From the NCBI RefSeq assembly GCF_039654945.1, contig NW_027361698.1, forward strand, positions 22,940,001 through 23,004,000: 64,000 nucleotides of DNA, given 5' to 3'. Positions 13,745 through 27,813 of the stretch are shown here, piece after piece. A program made the translations under genes and the position numbers. The first letter of the stretch is position 1, and every line of letters starts with the position of its first letter. This stretch comes from Dendrobates tinctorius (lineage: Eukaryota). Under the pieces are notes generated by a model. That model made no database searches. It saw nothing but the letters and a program-made list of their open reading frames with translations, and was not told the origin of the DNA.

Positions 13745-13756
13745 TTCTGCAATTAA

Positions 13757-14948
13757 TGCAATTAGTACAGTGTGTGCAAATTACTGGACATGTATTTAAT
13801 GAATAAAAGATTATGTTTCAGAAAAAAATGGTATGGACTCCCGCGCAATTTTTGTAGTCATCAGAGGGTAAGTTGACGGCTGTGGGCCAATGTTTATAGC
13901 CTAGAAAGGGGGTAATACCCATGGAGCTTCCGAGGCTATTAATATCAGCTCACAATTGTATACTTAGCCTTTACTGGCTTTTAAAATGGTGGATCTCAAA
14001 AAAATGACATGGGGTTCCCCTATAATTAATAGCCAACAAAGGCTATGCAGACTGCTGCAGGCTGATAATAATAGTCTAGGAAGGGGCCATAGATACTGGA
14101 CGCCCCGGCTAAATACATCAGCTCTAAGCCGCCCTAGAAAAGGTGCATCTCTAAGATGCGGCAATTCTGGCACTTAGCCTTTCTCTTCCCATTTGCCCTT
14201 TAGAGGTGGCAAGTGGGGTAATAGTTGTGAAGGTTGATGTCACCTTTGTGACATCAAGCCCCAAGGTTAGTAATGGAGAGAGTCAATAAAATGCCCCTAT
14301 TACTAGCTCCATAGTCAAATTGTAAAGAAAACACAGACACTCGGGGTAAAAATCCTTTAATTGAAATAAAAACACAGAAGACTCCTTTAATATTGTTAAT
14401 TAAACCATACTTACAACCTCACCTAATTCCTGCAAAGCCCTCGATCTCCTGTAATAAAAGTAAAATAATAAACCAACAATATACCATATCTGTCTGTCAT
14501 TGTGTCCCAAGCAGTAATCCATATCTGGGGGACACACAATTTTCAACCTGGATGGTGCCAAGATGCGACCGCCCTGGCTGAAATCCACTGGTGAATGAGG
14601 AGATGCTGGGAGCAAAGCTTGAGTAACAAGCAGTGATGTCCCTGAAGCTGCACTCCCTCACAGCCTGAACTGAGGTGACCTCTGGACCATGGGAAAAAGC
14701 CAGTGGTAAGGTGACTGCAGTTCATGCTCAGTGTCTTCAAAGCAGATCACCGTGAAAACTTGTCACGGTGATCTGCTGTAAAGACACTGAGCATGAACTG
14801 CGGTCACCTTATCACTGACATTTTCCCACAGTCCAGAGGTCATCGCAGTTCAGGCTATGAGGGAGCGCAGCCTCAGTGATGTCACCGCTGGCTCCTTCCT
14901 AGGCTATTAATATCAGCCTGCAGCTGTCTGCATAGCCTTTGCTGGCTA
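13757..14948. mobile_element. Fold-back family element fragment
   Basis: Homologous to 19560-20400, with a central palindrome around 14640-14885. Confidence 0.6.
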
Positions 14949-14952
14949 TTAA

Positions 14953-15978
14953 CCCCTTTACCCCAAGGGTGGTTTGCACGTTAATGACTGGGACAATTTT
15001 TACAATTCTGACCACTGTCCCTTTATGAGGTAATAACTCTGGAATGCTTCCATGGATCCTGGTGATTTTGACACTGTTTTCTCGTGACATATTGTACTTC
15101 ATGATAGTGGTACAATTTCTTTGATATGGCTTGCATTTATTTTTGAAAAAAATGGAAATTTGGCCAAAATTTTGCAATTTTCCAACTTTGAATTTTCATG
15201 CCCTTAAATCACAGAGATATGTCACACAAAATACTTAATAAGTAACATTTCCCACATGTTTACTTTACATCAGCAGAATTTTGGAACTAAAATTTTTTTT
15301 AGTTAGGAAGTTATAAGGGTTGAAAGTTAAACTGTGATTTCTCATTTTTACGACACCATTTTTTTTGGGTGACCACATCACATTTGAAGTCACTTTGAGG
15401 GGTCTATATGATAGAAAATACCCAAAATTGACACCAATATAAAAACTGCACCCCTGAAGGTGCTCAAAACCACATTCAAGAAGTCTATTAACCCTTCAGG
15501 TGCTTCACAGGAATTTTTGGAAAGTTTAAAAAAAAAATGAACATTTTACTTTTTTTCACAAAAAAAATTACTTCAGGTCCAAATTTTTTATTTTCCCAAG
15601 GGTAACAGGAGAAATTGGACCCCAAAAGTTGTTGTACAATTTGTCCTGAGTATGCTGATTCCCCATATGTGGGGGTTTTGGTGCATGGCAGAGCTCAGAA
15701 GGGAAGGAGCACCGTTTGACTTTTCAATGCAAAATTGGCTGGAATTGAGCTCAGACACCATTTTGAAAACTAGACCCACAAAGGAACTTATCTAGATGTG
15801 TGGTGAGCACTTTGAATCCCCAAGTGCTTCACAGAAGTTTATAACGTACAGTCGTAAAAATAAAAAATCATATTTTTTTCAAAAGAGATCTTTTAACCCT
15901 CAATTTTTTATTTTTACAAGGGTAACAGGAGAAATTGGACCCCAAAAGTTGTCCAATTTGTCCTGAGTATGTTGATAT
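14953..15978 (+). mobile_element. Truncated piggyBac-like non-autonomous element (same family as 2272)
   Basis: TTAA|CCCCTTTACC terminus; colinear with 2272-3240. Confidence 0.8.
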
Positions 15979-16142
15979 TCAGGACAAATTGCTCTGCTGT
16001 GCAACCCTCAGCTGTCAGCTTTAGCAAGGTTGGTTATCAAGAATAGAGGGGTCCCCCAAAAGCCAGGAATTCATGTGCCGCATTCAGTAAGATCACAGCG
16101 TAATAGGTTAGAATAGAATAAATAGAATAGATATATACACAT

Positions 16143-16904
16143 TATAAGGGATGGCGGAACACACTAATTCGCAACCCAGGGTCCACCATGCAGAGATGTA
16201 AAACTGCAGCTAATGTGAACATCGGCGAACAAGTACTATACCCTGTTAGACTGCACAGGCGTATAGAAAAATACTAATTGGGGTCCCTGTACCTTAACTC
16301 CCCAGCGAAGACTAAGCTGGTAGTTGACCCTGCTCCGACACATGGTGTGCTTTAGCATGCGCACCTGAGGACGCCCGGTGCAGACGCTAAGTTTAAGCGG
16401 GAGTTCCCACCCTACACTGCATGTCTAAACCAACACTCACAGCGCTATTAGTGGCACATGTGCACACAGGGTAGTAAAGTAGTTGCCAAGACACCAAACA
16501 CACATGATACTAGCTCACAGGCTTGCGCCATTGAGAGCTTTTTATAACTTGCTCAAGTCCAGACAAGCAGGACCTTGCCTGTGGACCAATCTGAAGCTGC
16601 CACATCAACAGAGCACCTGAAGTCCGAGCACCAATAGGAAGGCAACATATCATGGACATGCTCTGTAGGGTGAAATCTGGACTTAGGCTCCAGAGCACAG
16701 TGCTGCACGTGTAAACTAGTAGTCACCATAGGCTTAGCTGGAGGGCCACCAGTAACTACATATGCAGCACGAGCCTGCACAAGGCCCTGGGACCGAAGTC
16801 TGTACTGATTAGTCATCCCAGCAGCCAAGCCTGAATGGGAAACCACAGCACCAGACAAGGCTTGAGATCCATCCTGTGCAGCGGGAGAATCCCGGAGCCT
16901 AACC
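16143..16904. mobile_element. Probable solo LTR
   Basis: Flanked by the direct repeat CACAT (16138-16142, 16905-16909) and interrupts a fold-back arm. Termini TAT...ACC are degenerate relative to TGT...ACA. Confidence 0.45.
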
Positions 16905-17427
16905 CACATAGAATATATATATTTATACATGTGAGTGACAAACATATACAGTGGGGAAAAAAGGTATTTAGCCAGCCACCAATTTTGCCCACTTAAAAAG
17001 ATGAGAGAGGCCTGTAATTAACATCATAGTTAGACCACAACTATGAGAGTCAAAATGAGAAAACAAATCCAGAAAATCACCTTGTCTGATTTGGCAAGAT
17101 TTATTTTTCAAATTATGGTGGAAAATAAGTATTTGGTCACCTAAAAACATGCAAGAATTTTGGCTCTCACAGACCTGTAACTTCTTCTTTAAGAGGCCCC
17201 TCTGTCCTCCACTCGTTAACTGTTGCAATTGCAATTGTTTGAACTTCTTATCAGCATAAAAGACACCTGTCCACAACCTCAAACAGTCACACTCCAAACT
17301 CCACTATAGTGAAGACAAAAAAGCTGACGATGGACACCAGAATCAAAATTGTAGCCCTGCACCAGGATGGCAAGGCTGACTCTGCAATAGGCAAGCAGCT
17401 TGGTGTGATGAAATCAATTATGGGAGC

Positions 17428-17746
17428 CAGGAGAGAAAGTGGTCGCAGTTAACGGAAGGTGAAGAATCTGGACCCGTAGAAGCGCTGCAATAGCGTGAAA
17501 CGGCCGTTGTCAGCCTTCATTCACTCGTGCTACCACTCCCCCGACTGTGACATGTAACTAGATATGTCAATAAACAGATTCTTCACCTTCCGTTGAGTGC
17601 GACCACTTTCTCTCCTGGATTCCAAGACTTGAACACTACAAGGTCAAGCACCCGGGAGCCCAAGCTGTTGGTTTTCTGCCTGCCGCACACCATTAGTCCA
17701 GTCACGGTAACAGCAGTGCCGTCCGCTCTTTTTTCTTATTTATCAG
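17428..17746 (+). mobile_element. Penelope-like pLTR insertion with inverted segment and 14-bp target duplication
   Basis: TCAATTATGGGAGC is duplicated at 17414-17427 and 17747-17760. 44-bp inverted repeat at 17427-17470 / 17575-17618. Degenerate hammerhead-like motif ...AGA-AGCGCU(GCAAU)AGCGU-GAAA-CGGCCG-UU. Confidence 0.55.
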
Positions 17747-18594
17747 TCAATTATGGGAGCAATAACAAGAAAATGGAAGACATACAAGACCACTGATAAT
17801 CTCCCTCAATCTGTGGCTCCACGCAAGATCTCACCCCGTGGGGTTAAAATGATCACAAGAACGATGAGCAAAAATCCCAGAACCACACTAGGGGACTTAG
17901 TGAATGACCTACAAGATCTGGGACCACCGTAACAAAGGCTACCATCAGTAACACACTACGCCGCCAGGGATGCAGCTCCTGCAGTGCCTGACATGTCCCC
18001 CTGCTTAAACCAGTACATGTCCGGGCCTGTATGAAGTTTGCTAGAGAGCATTTGGATTATCCAGAAAAGGAGAATGTCATATGGTCTGATGAATCCAAAG
18101 TTGAACTGTTTGGTAGAAACAAAATTTGTCGTGTTTGGAGGAGACAGAATGCCGAGTTGCATCCAAATAACACCGTACTTACTGTGAAGCATGGGGGTGG
18201 CAACATCATGTTTTGGGGCTATTTCTCTGCAAAGGGACCAGGATGACTGATCCGTGTACATGAAAGAATGAATGGGGCCATGTATCGTGAGATTTTGAGT
18301 GCAAATCTCCTTCCATCAGCAAGGGCATTAAAGATGAAACATGGATGGGTCTTTCAGTATGATAATGATCCCAAGTACACCACCAGGGCAATGAATGAGT
18401 GGCTTCATAAGAAGCATATGAAGGTCCTGGAGTGGCCTAGCCAGTCTCCAGATCCCCAGATCAACCCCATAGAAAACCTTTGGAGGGATTTGAAAATCTG
18501 TGTTGCCCAGTGACAGGCCCCAAACATCACTGCTCTAGAAGAGATCTGCATGGAGGAGTGGGCCAACATACCACCAACAGTGTGTGCCAACCTT

Positions 18595-19085
18595 TGTTTT
18601 TTTTATAATTCTTTATTTAAAGACTCACAACAAAATCCAGGTTAACATAATAATTGAAACCAGACAAGTAGACGAACACAAGCAATACAACTTAACTCTC
18701 AAAAAAGACAATCATCCACAAGTCCTTAACATCCGGGGACCGGGTAGTAGAGGTCAATTTGGAGGGTCTTTCAATTTTTAACTTTTAACAAACAGTATAG
18801 GAAAGAAAAGACAGAGCAGAGGACGAAGAAGGAGAGCAGTTGAAGCGAAAAAAGAGAGTGGGGGAAATAAGTAACGGAGCAAAGAGAGGCAAAAAAAAAT
18901 GGGGGAAGGAAAAAACAAGGGGGTAACAGCAAATAATTTCCCACACCCCTGTCCAAAATGATTGCAAAATGTCACATTGCCAGAAAATATGAAAAATCGT
19001 GCCCCCTGCCCTTCCACACCTCCAGCAGTTGGGGTCAATTTCTAGAAATATGGTGTGCAACCTCGAGGTCACTCTGTACCATCGC
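18595..19085 (-). mobile_element. 5'-truncated L1-clade LINE insertion
   Basis: 13-bp TSD GTGTGCCAACCTT (18582-18594, 19086-19098). A-rich tail and AATAAA on the minus strand. ORF2 C-terminal CCHC knuckle RWY...CWRC.....TIFHIFWQC....FW. Confidence 0.85.
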
Positions 19086-19378
19086 GTGTGCCAACCTTGT
19101 GAAGACTTACATAAAACGCTTGAACTTTGTCTTTGCCAACAAAGTAATGCAAACAAAATATTGAGATTAACTTTTGTTAATGACCAAATACTTATTTTCT
19201 ACCATAATTTGAAAAGTAAATCTTGCCAAATCAGGCAAAGTAATTTTCTGGATTTGTTTTCACATTTTGACTTTCATAGTTGTGGTCTACCTATGATGTC
19301 AACTACAGGCCTCTCTCATCTATTTAAGTGGGAGAACTTGCACAACTGGTGGCTGACTAAATACTTTTTTCCCCACTG

Positions 19379-19413
<35 letters not shown>

Positions 19414-19415
<2 letters not shown>

Positions 19416-21152
19416 CATAGCTAGAAGAAAAGCTTGCAATTCAGCAGCTGCAGTACTGTAAACTCACAGCAGGAGCTGACAGGATGGAAAAGATGGATTA
19501 CATACAGTAATACAGTAAATACAAATAGAATAGGTAGATATATAGATGTCTATGACAAATACAATTAGTACAGTGTGTGCAGAAGCTTACTGTACATGTA
19601 TTTAATTAATAAAAAATTATTTTTCTGAAATAAATGGCGTGGATTCCCGCATAATATTCTTAACCAGCAGAGGGAAAGCTGATGACTGGGGGCCGATGCT
19701 TATAGCCTAAGAAGGGGGTAATACCTATGGAACTTCCCAGGGTGTTAATAACAGCTCACAGCTGTATACTTAGCCTTTACTGGCTATTAAAATGGGGGAC
19801 CATAAAAAAAGACGTAGGCTCCCCTATAATTAACAACCAGCAAAGGCTATGCAGACAGAAGTGGGCTGATATTAATAACCAAAGAAGGAACAATGGCTAT
19901 GGCCACCCCAGGCTAAAAACATCAGGTCTCAGCTGCCTAGAAAAGACACATCTATAAGATGTTCTAATTCTGGCACTTAGCCTTACCCTTCCCACTTGCC
20001 CTGTAGCGGTGGCAAGTGGGGTTCATATTTGTGGGGTTGATGTCATTTTTGTATTGTCAGGTGACATCAAGCCCAAGGTTAGTAATGGAGAGGCATCAAT
20101 AAGACACATATCCCAGCTGGGAACACAGCCTCGGTGATGTCACCGCTAGTCACTGAGGTTGCGCTAGCAGCAGTTCAGTCACCAGTGGTTTTCAACTTGG
20201 ACAGTAGCATGTTGGCACAGTCTATGTTGAAAATTATTTCTCCAACAGACATGGATTACGGCGTGGGACAGAACGACGGCCAGGTAGGGTTTATTGTTGT
20301 TTTTTTTATTTTAATTATATTACAGGAGAACGAGGGCTTTGGTGGAATTAGGTGAGGTCGAAAGTATGGTTTATTTGAGATTATTAAAGAAGTCTGTGTC
20401 CTTTCTTGAATTAAAGGACTTTATTCTGCTGTGTCTTTATTTACCAATATAGCTACAAGATTAGTAATGGATATGTGTCTTATTGACACCTCTCCATTAC
20501 TAACCTTGGGGCTTAATGTCACCTTACAATACAAAGGTGACATCAACCCCCACAACTATTACTCCATTAGCCGCCGCTACAAAGCAAGTGGGAAGAGCGA
20601 GGCTAAGTGCCAGAATTGGCACATCTTATAGATGAGCCTTTTTTGGGACAGCTGAGAGCTGATGTCTTTAGCCTGGGGGGCCAATATCCATGGCTCCTTT
20701 CTAGGCTATTAATATCAGCCTGCAGCTGTATGCATAGGCTTTGCTGGTTATAATATATGGGGGATCATACATCATTTTTTTAGGGTCCCCCATTTTAATA
20801 GTAAGTGAAGGCTAAGTCTACTTCTGTTAGCTGTTATTAATAGCCTGGGAAGCTCCATGGGTATAACCCCCTTTCCAGGCTATAAGCTATGGCCCTAGTC
20901 ATCGACTTTCCCTCTGCTGGTTAAGAAAATTATGCGGGAGCCCACACCATTTTTTTTAGAAAAAAATAATCTTTTATTAATTAAATACATGTACAGTAAG
21001 CTGCACACACACTGTACTAATTGTATTTGTCACTGACATCTATATATCTACCTATTTTATGTGTATTTACTGTATGAAATCCATCTCTTCTATCCTGTCG
21101 GCTCCTGCTGTGATTTTACACTACGCGACTGCTGAATTGCCAGCTTTTCTTC
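19414..21152. mobile_element. Core of a large fold-back element (~700-bp inverted arms; host extends ~16070-24210)
   Basis: 19422-20110 is the approximate reverse complement of 20440-21152, e.g. AGAAGAAAAGCTTGCAATTCAGC / GCTGAATTGCCAGCTTTTCTTCT. Confidence 0.75.
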
Positions 21153-21174
21153 TATCTATCTATCTATCTATCTA

Positions 21175-22422
<1,248 letters not shown>

Positions 22423-22446
22423 CTATCTATCTATGTAATATATATA

Positions 22447-24093
22447 CAGTCATATGTTAAAGTTTGGGCACCCCTATTAATGTTAACCTTTTTTCTTTAT
22501 AACAATTTTGGTTTTTGCAACAGCTATTTCAGTTTCATATAACTAATAACTGATGGACTCAGTTATATTTCTGGATTCAAATGAGGTTTATTGTACTAAC
22601 AGAAAATGTGCAATCTGCATTTAAACAAAATTTGACCGGTGCAAAAGTATGGGCACCCTTATCATTTTCTTGATTTGAACACTCCTAATTACTTTTTACT
22701 GACTTCCTGAAGCACTAAATTGGTTTTGTAACCTCATTGAGCTTTGAACTTCATAGTCAGGTGTATCAAATCATGAGAAAAGGTATTTAAGGTGGCCACT
22801 TGCAAGTAGTTCTCCTATGTGATTCTCCTATGAAGAGTGGCATCATGGGCTCCTCAAAACAACTCTCTAATGATCTGAAAACAAAGATTATTCAACATAG
22901 CTTTTCAGGGAAAGGATGCAAAAAGTTGTCTCAGAGATTTAACCTGTCAGTTTCCACTGTGAGGAACATAGTGAGGAAATGGAATAACACAGGTACAGTT
23001 CTTGTTAAGCCCAGAAGTGGCAGGCCAAGAAAAATATCAGAAAGGCAGAAAAGAAGAATGGTGAGAACTGTCAAGGACAATCCACAGACCACCTCCAAAG
23101 ACCTGCAGCATCATCTTGCTGCAGATGGTGTCACTGTGCATCGGTCAACAATACAGCGCACTTTGCACAAGGAGAAGCTGTATGGGAGAGTGATGCGAAA
23201 GAAGCCGTTTCTGCAATCAAGCCACAAACAGTCGCCTGAGGTATGCAAAAGCACATTTGGACAAGCCAGTTACATTTTGGAAGAAGGTCCTGTGGACTGA
23301 TGAAACAAAGATTGAGTTGTTTGGTCATACAAAAAGGCGTTATGCATGGAGGCTAAAAAACAAAGCATTCCAAGAAAAACACTTGCTACCCACAGTAAAA
23401 TTTGGTGGAGGTTCCATCATGCTTTGGGGCTGTGTGGCCAATGCCGGCATCGGGAATCTTGTTAAAGCTGAGGGTCGCATGGATTCAACTCACTATCAGC
23501 AGATTCTTGACAATAATGTGCAAGAATCAGTGACGAAGTTGAAGTTATGCAGGGGATGGATATTTCAGCAAGACAATGACCCAAAAGACCGCTCCAAATC
23601 TACTCAGGCATTCATGCAGAGGAACAATTACAATGTTCTGGAATGGCCATCCCAGTCCCCAGACCTGAATATCATTGAACATCTGTGGGATGATTTGAAG
23701 CGGGCTGTCCATGCTCGGCGACCATGAAACTTAACTGAACTGGAATTGTTTTGTAAACAGGAATGGTCACAAATATCTTCATCCAGGATCCAGGAACTCA
23801 TTAATAGCTACAGGAAGTGACTAGAGGCTGTTATTTTTGCAAAAGGAGGATCTACGAAATATTAATGTCACTTTCATGTTGAGGTGCCCATACTTTTGCA
23901 CCGGTCAAATTTTGTTTAAATTCAGATTGCACATTTTCTGTTAGTACAATAAACCTCATTTGAATCCAGAAATATAACTGAGTCCATCAGTTATTAGATA
24001 TATGAAACTGAAATAGCCGTTGCAAAAAACAAAATTGTTATAAAGAAAAATGGTTAACATTAATAGGGGTGCCCAAACTTTAACATATGGCTG
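22447..24093 (+). mobile_element. Full-length IR/DR Tc1 element (1647 bp)
   Basis: TA TSD; ~210-bp near-perfect inverted repeats, each containing two AAAGT(T/A)TGGGCACC direct repeats. Confidence 0.95.
22845..23865 (+). pseudogene. Tc1 DD34E transposase pseudogene
   Basis: MGSSKQLS...GRPRK. Frameshift near 23232; premature TGA at 23725-23727 and 23818-23820; ends GSTKY*. Confidence 0.9.
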
Positions 24094-25586
24094 TACATAT
24101 ATATGTGTCACTGATATCTATATATATTTATATCTATATATATATATATATGTATTCTATGTGTACATATATATATTCTATCTTTTCTATTCTAACCTGT
24201 CATGCTGTGAATCCGAATGTGCCATATTCGTGCCGAATTTATGTTTGGTGATCGTTTTCCAAACATATTCGCTCATCTCTATTCCCTACATGCAGTTACG
24301 AAAAGGGCCCCTTGGCTAGAGATCATTCATAAAGATACAACCAATTATATAAAGACCACTCTTAATTTAACATCAACGTACACACCAATTGGAATGATAC
24401 AGCTGCGTGGTTTGACGAACTTTTATTCTCAGAACCATGCTTTTTCACACTGTCTAAACAAACATGAAAAAGGTTTATCTGAGCTGAAATGCGTCGGTTG
24501 TATCCACTGTGACCAGAACCACATTTATTATGTTTTTATGGATGTGTTTTATTTCTTCAACAAAATTGGACATATAACTTACCAGCTTCTACACTGGATT
24601 TTCCTCTTCATTGATCTGTATAGTTGTTTTCAAAGTCAGTAAAATCTATTTTTTGGCCCATTTTACCTGCGGAAAACAAGCTGTCTAATAATAATGCAGA
24701 TCTTGATAAGGTTTAAGGTAGATTATAGCAGTGCTAGTATATAAACGCTGGATCAGTTGCAAGTACAAGAGCCCCCACCACAAAGGGGGAAATCTAATAA
24801 TAATAGAAAATGTATATAGGATGTCCTCGCGCTATGATTCAGACATATGAACACAAATACTGATCAATGTTAAATACCTGTGGTAGTGTAGTAAATTTTC
24901 ATATACGAAGTGCTGGTTGATGTGAGATCAGTATAGCGAACTAGAATGAAGGGATAAGATGATTAAAAATGCATGTAAAAGATAGCGCTTGCAAATATAA
25001 AAATAAACAATAAGGAATGACTCAGTTAGAACCACTGACTACATGCCTTTAGAGCTGTGCAAATGAGCAAATGATGATTGCACTAAGGTGCTAAAGTGCT
25101 GAGTACATTTATATACTTGTAGCTATAGGAATGTGCAGAGACGTTAATAGAAAAACCGCACTAAAGTGCCAAGAGTGTGTCCAAGACCTACAAACCTATA
25201 GAGCTGTGCAAACAAGCATATGACAATAGCACTAAGGTGCTAATAGTGCTGGGTGTATTAAGAGGAGTGAGCGGTTAACCAGCAAACACTTAAGCAAGTC
25301 CGATACCTGTGGCTTAATGTATAGAATAGAGTCCGCTTTGATAGAATATTTAGTACTTAGCTTGAATTGAGTCTTTAGGTTTCTCCAGGGGTGAGGTAAG
25401 TCCTGGAGCTCTGCCCCGGCCGGTGGCAGACGCTCACTATGCCAGACGCTGAGGCGTGGGTACCTGCGGTGAACGCTGACAGGACCTGTGTGACGTATTC
25501 GGGTCACGTGATTCGAGCAGTCACGTGGTTCGAGCAGTCACGTGGTGCCCAGAGGCCAGCTACGGCATGCAAAAGGAGCCAAAATA

Positions 25587-25630
25587 GTCCAACGCGTTTC
25601 GGAATTACTGCGGATTCCTTTGTCAGAGGT
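25587..25630 (-). ncRNA. Degenerate PLE hammerhead motif
   Basis: CUGACAA-AGGAAU(CCGCAGUA)AUUCC-GAAA-CGCG-UU. G8 is changed to A, so it is probably inactive. Confidence 0.55.
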
Positions 25631-26034
25631 GGCTCCACTTGCGTTGGTGGCTTTAAATACCATTGGCTCATTATGTATTCAATTAGTCAAAAGCGAACAG
25701 TTCAACCTCATTATTAAGTCCTTTTGGTTTCAGGATGTCTAATTAAAAAATCCACCATGTTTCCTCTCTTGACATCTGCCTTATAAAGTCCCCTTTTCGA
25801 CAATTTTTATGAACTATTTTGATGCCCATTACTTTCACACCTTTAACGGACCCCTTGTGGAATAATTTAAAATGTCTGGATAAAGGGTGATTGTCCACAT
25901 TATTCCTTATATTCCTAAGGTGCTCTCCAATTCTTTTGCAAAAGGGGCCTATAGTTCGTCCCACATATATTTTGTGGCACAGGAATTCTATAATATAAAT
26001 TACTCCTGTTGTACTACAAGTTATAAAATCCTTA

Positions 26035-26391
26035 GGCTATGTGCACACGTAGTTTTTTGGGTCTGCGGATTTTGTAGAGAAAACCGCAGGTAAATACGCA
26101 GGACAAAAGTTCTGCGGTTTATCTGTGGTTTTGCCTGTGGTTTTGACCTGCGGTTTTACACCTCATAATGGATGAGGTGTAAAACTGCAGCATTTCTGCA
26201 CCAAACAATTGACATGCTGCGGTTTGTAAACCGCAGTAAAACCTCGCGGAAAAAACCGCAGCATGCGCACAGCTTTTTTTTATTTCCATAGGAAATAAAG
26301 GTACTGTACAACGCAGCAGAATCTGCTGCGGACCCGCAGGTGCAGAAACGCTGCGGAACCGCATCAGAATCCGCACCGTGTGCACATACCC
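26035..26391. mobile_element. Harbinger-type MITE inserted in the Penelope ORF
   Basis: TTA TSD; TIR GG(C/G)TATGTGCACACG; internal CCGCAG repeats. Confidence 0.85.
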
Positions 26392-27580
26392 TTAATCTGA
26401 AATTGTGTTCCACTTTAGGATGTCACTGATTTCTGTTTGGTAAGATGTACTGTCTTACACATTTTACATCTTTGGCAAGGGTAAATGCCTTTGGTTTGTG
26501 TTTTGAAGGGGCCAATAAAATTGTTAATGTGCCAAGGGTTCCGTACTGTAATTTTTTGCTTTCCTAAAAATGAATTTTGGATGTTCAGTTATTTTATCAC
26601 CTATTTCCTTATCCTCCCTCAGGAGTTCCCAATGTTTCCTATTTTCTTTAGGAGGTGGGTGTTATATTGTGTGATAATGGTGATAGATATTGGACCTAAG
26701 GTCTCAGATTGGTGCTCCTCCCTTGGTTTGTTAATGCAAAGGAGTTCTTCTCTTAGGATATTATTAACATTATCTTTAATTTTTAGTAAATATTTTCGTT
26801 CATAGCCCTTACCCTGACATTACCAAGCTGACATCAACCCTAATTCTATGACCCCACTTTCCACTGCACCAGGGCAAGAGGGAAGAGCAGATGCTAAGAG
26901 CCAGAATTGGCACGTCAAATAGTTGTGCCATTTCTGGGGCGACTGAGGGCTGAAGTTCTTAGTCTGGGAGTAGACCAATATCCAAGGCTCATTTCTAGGA
27001 TATTAATATCAATCCACAGCTTTCTGCCTAGTCTTTGCTGATTATTTATTATAGTGGGCACCCCACATCATTTTTTGGAGTTCACCCCATGTTAATAAAC
27101 AGTTAAGGCTAAGTAGGCAGCTGTGAGCTGCTCTTAATAGCCTGGGAAGCTCCATGTTTATTACCTCCTTCCCAGACTGTAAATATCATCCTTCAGCAGT
27201 CAACTTTTCCTCAGCTGGTTAATAATATTATGAGGGACCCCACACCATTATTTTTATTTTATATACGTCTTCTATTGTATTCTGATGGTTCACGCTGTAA
27301 ATTTGCTGTACTCGGCTGATGAAATGTCAGGTTTCCTATGAGATGGGTACATAAAACTTGCATGGTACATGCATGGTCCATGTGCATTGCAATTTTTTTC
27401 TTGCACCCATTGACTTACATTGGCGAGTCTGATATACACAGCCACCTGCAGCATGCAGTGATTTTTTTCTCAGTCTGTACTGAGAAAAAAAATCGCAGAT
27501 GAACACATAATCAGTGACTTACATTTGTCAGAGTGTTTTATCAGATTACACTCATCCATTTTAAACGTATGTGCTCTTAA

Positions 27581-27813
27581 AGGGACTCGGTGCTTCATGG
27601 CAGGGCCAATCATTTAGATTCACTTTTCCACCTGCTTATTGTTCTTCTATGTTCACCCTCCCCCTTATTTGATTGACAGCTCTGGCTTCCTACAGCCAGA
27701 GAAGGGAGAAGATAAATGGAAAACAAGGAAGGTGTATTTAAATGATTGTCAGCCATGATGCATTGAGAGCCTATACTTGGTTTGAACAGTCATTCTGGGC
27801 TGACAGAGTCCCT
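27581..27813. mobile_element. Kolobok/T2-type MITE
   Basis: TTAA|AGGGACTC...GAGTCCCT|TTAA. Confidence 0.65.

Larger units (their letters stand above)
16949..19378 (+). mobile_element. IR/DR-type Tc1 element (pseudogenised) with two retroelement insertions
   Basis: ~195-bp inverted repeats starting CAGTGGGGAAAAAAG. Transposase motifs WSDESK, VKHGGGNIM, FQYDND and NPIENLW are present with stops and frameshifts. Confidence 0.9.
24730..26810 (-). mobile_element. 5'-truncated Penelope-like element (linker, Cys knuckle, GIY-YIG endonuclease, 3' pLTR)
   Basis: Minus strand gives YPCQRCKMCK, then YVGRTIGPFCKRIGEH..R.....HPLSRHF...REETWWIF (PLE GIY-YIG). A hammerhead-like motif lies downstream. The left boundary is approximate. 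Confidence 0.75.

Noticed and set aside
24217-24642. 141-aa ORF
   Set aside because: No recognisable domain, AT-rich, and located between repeats.
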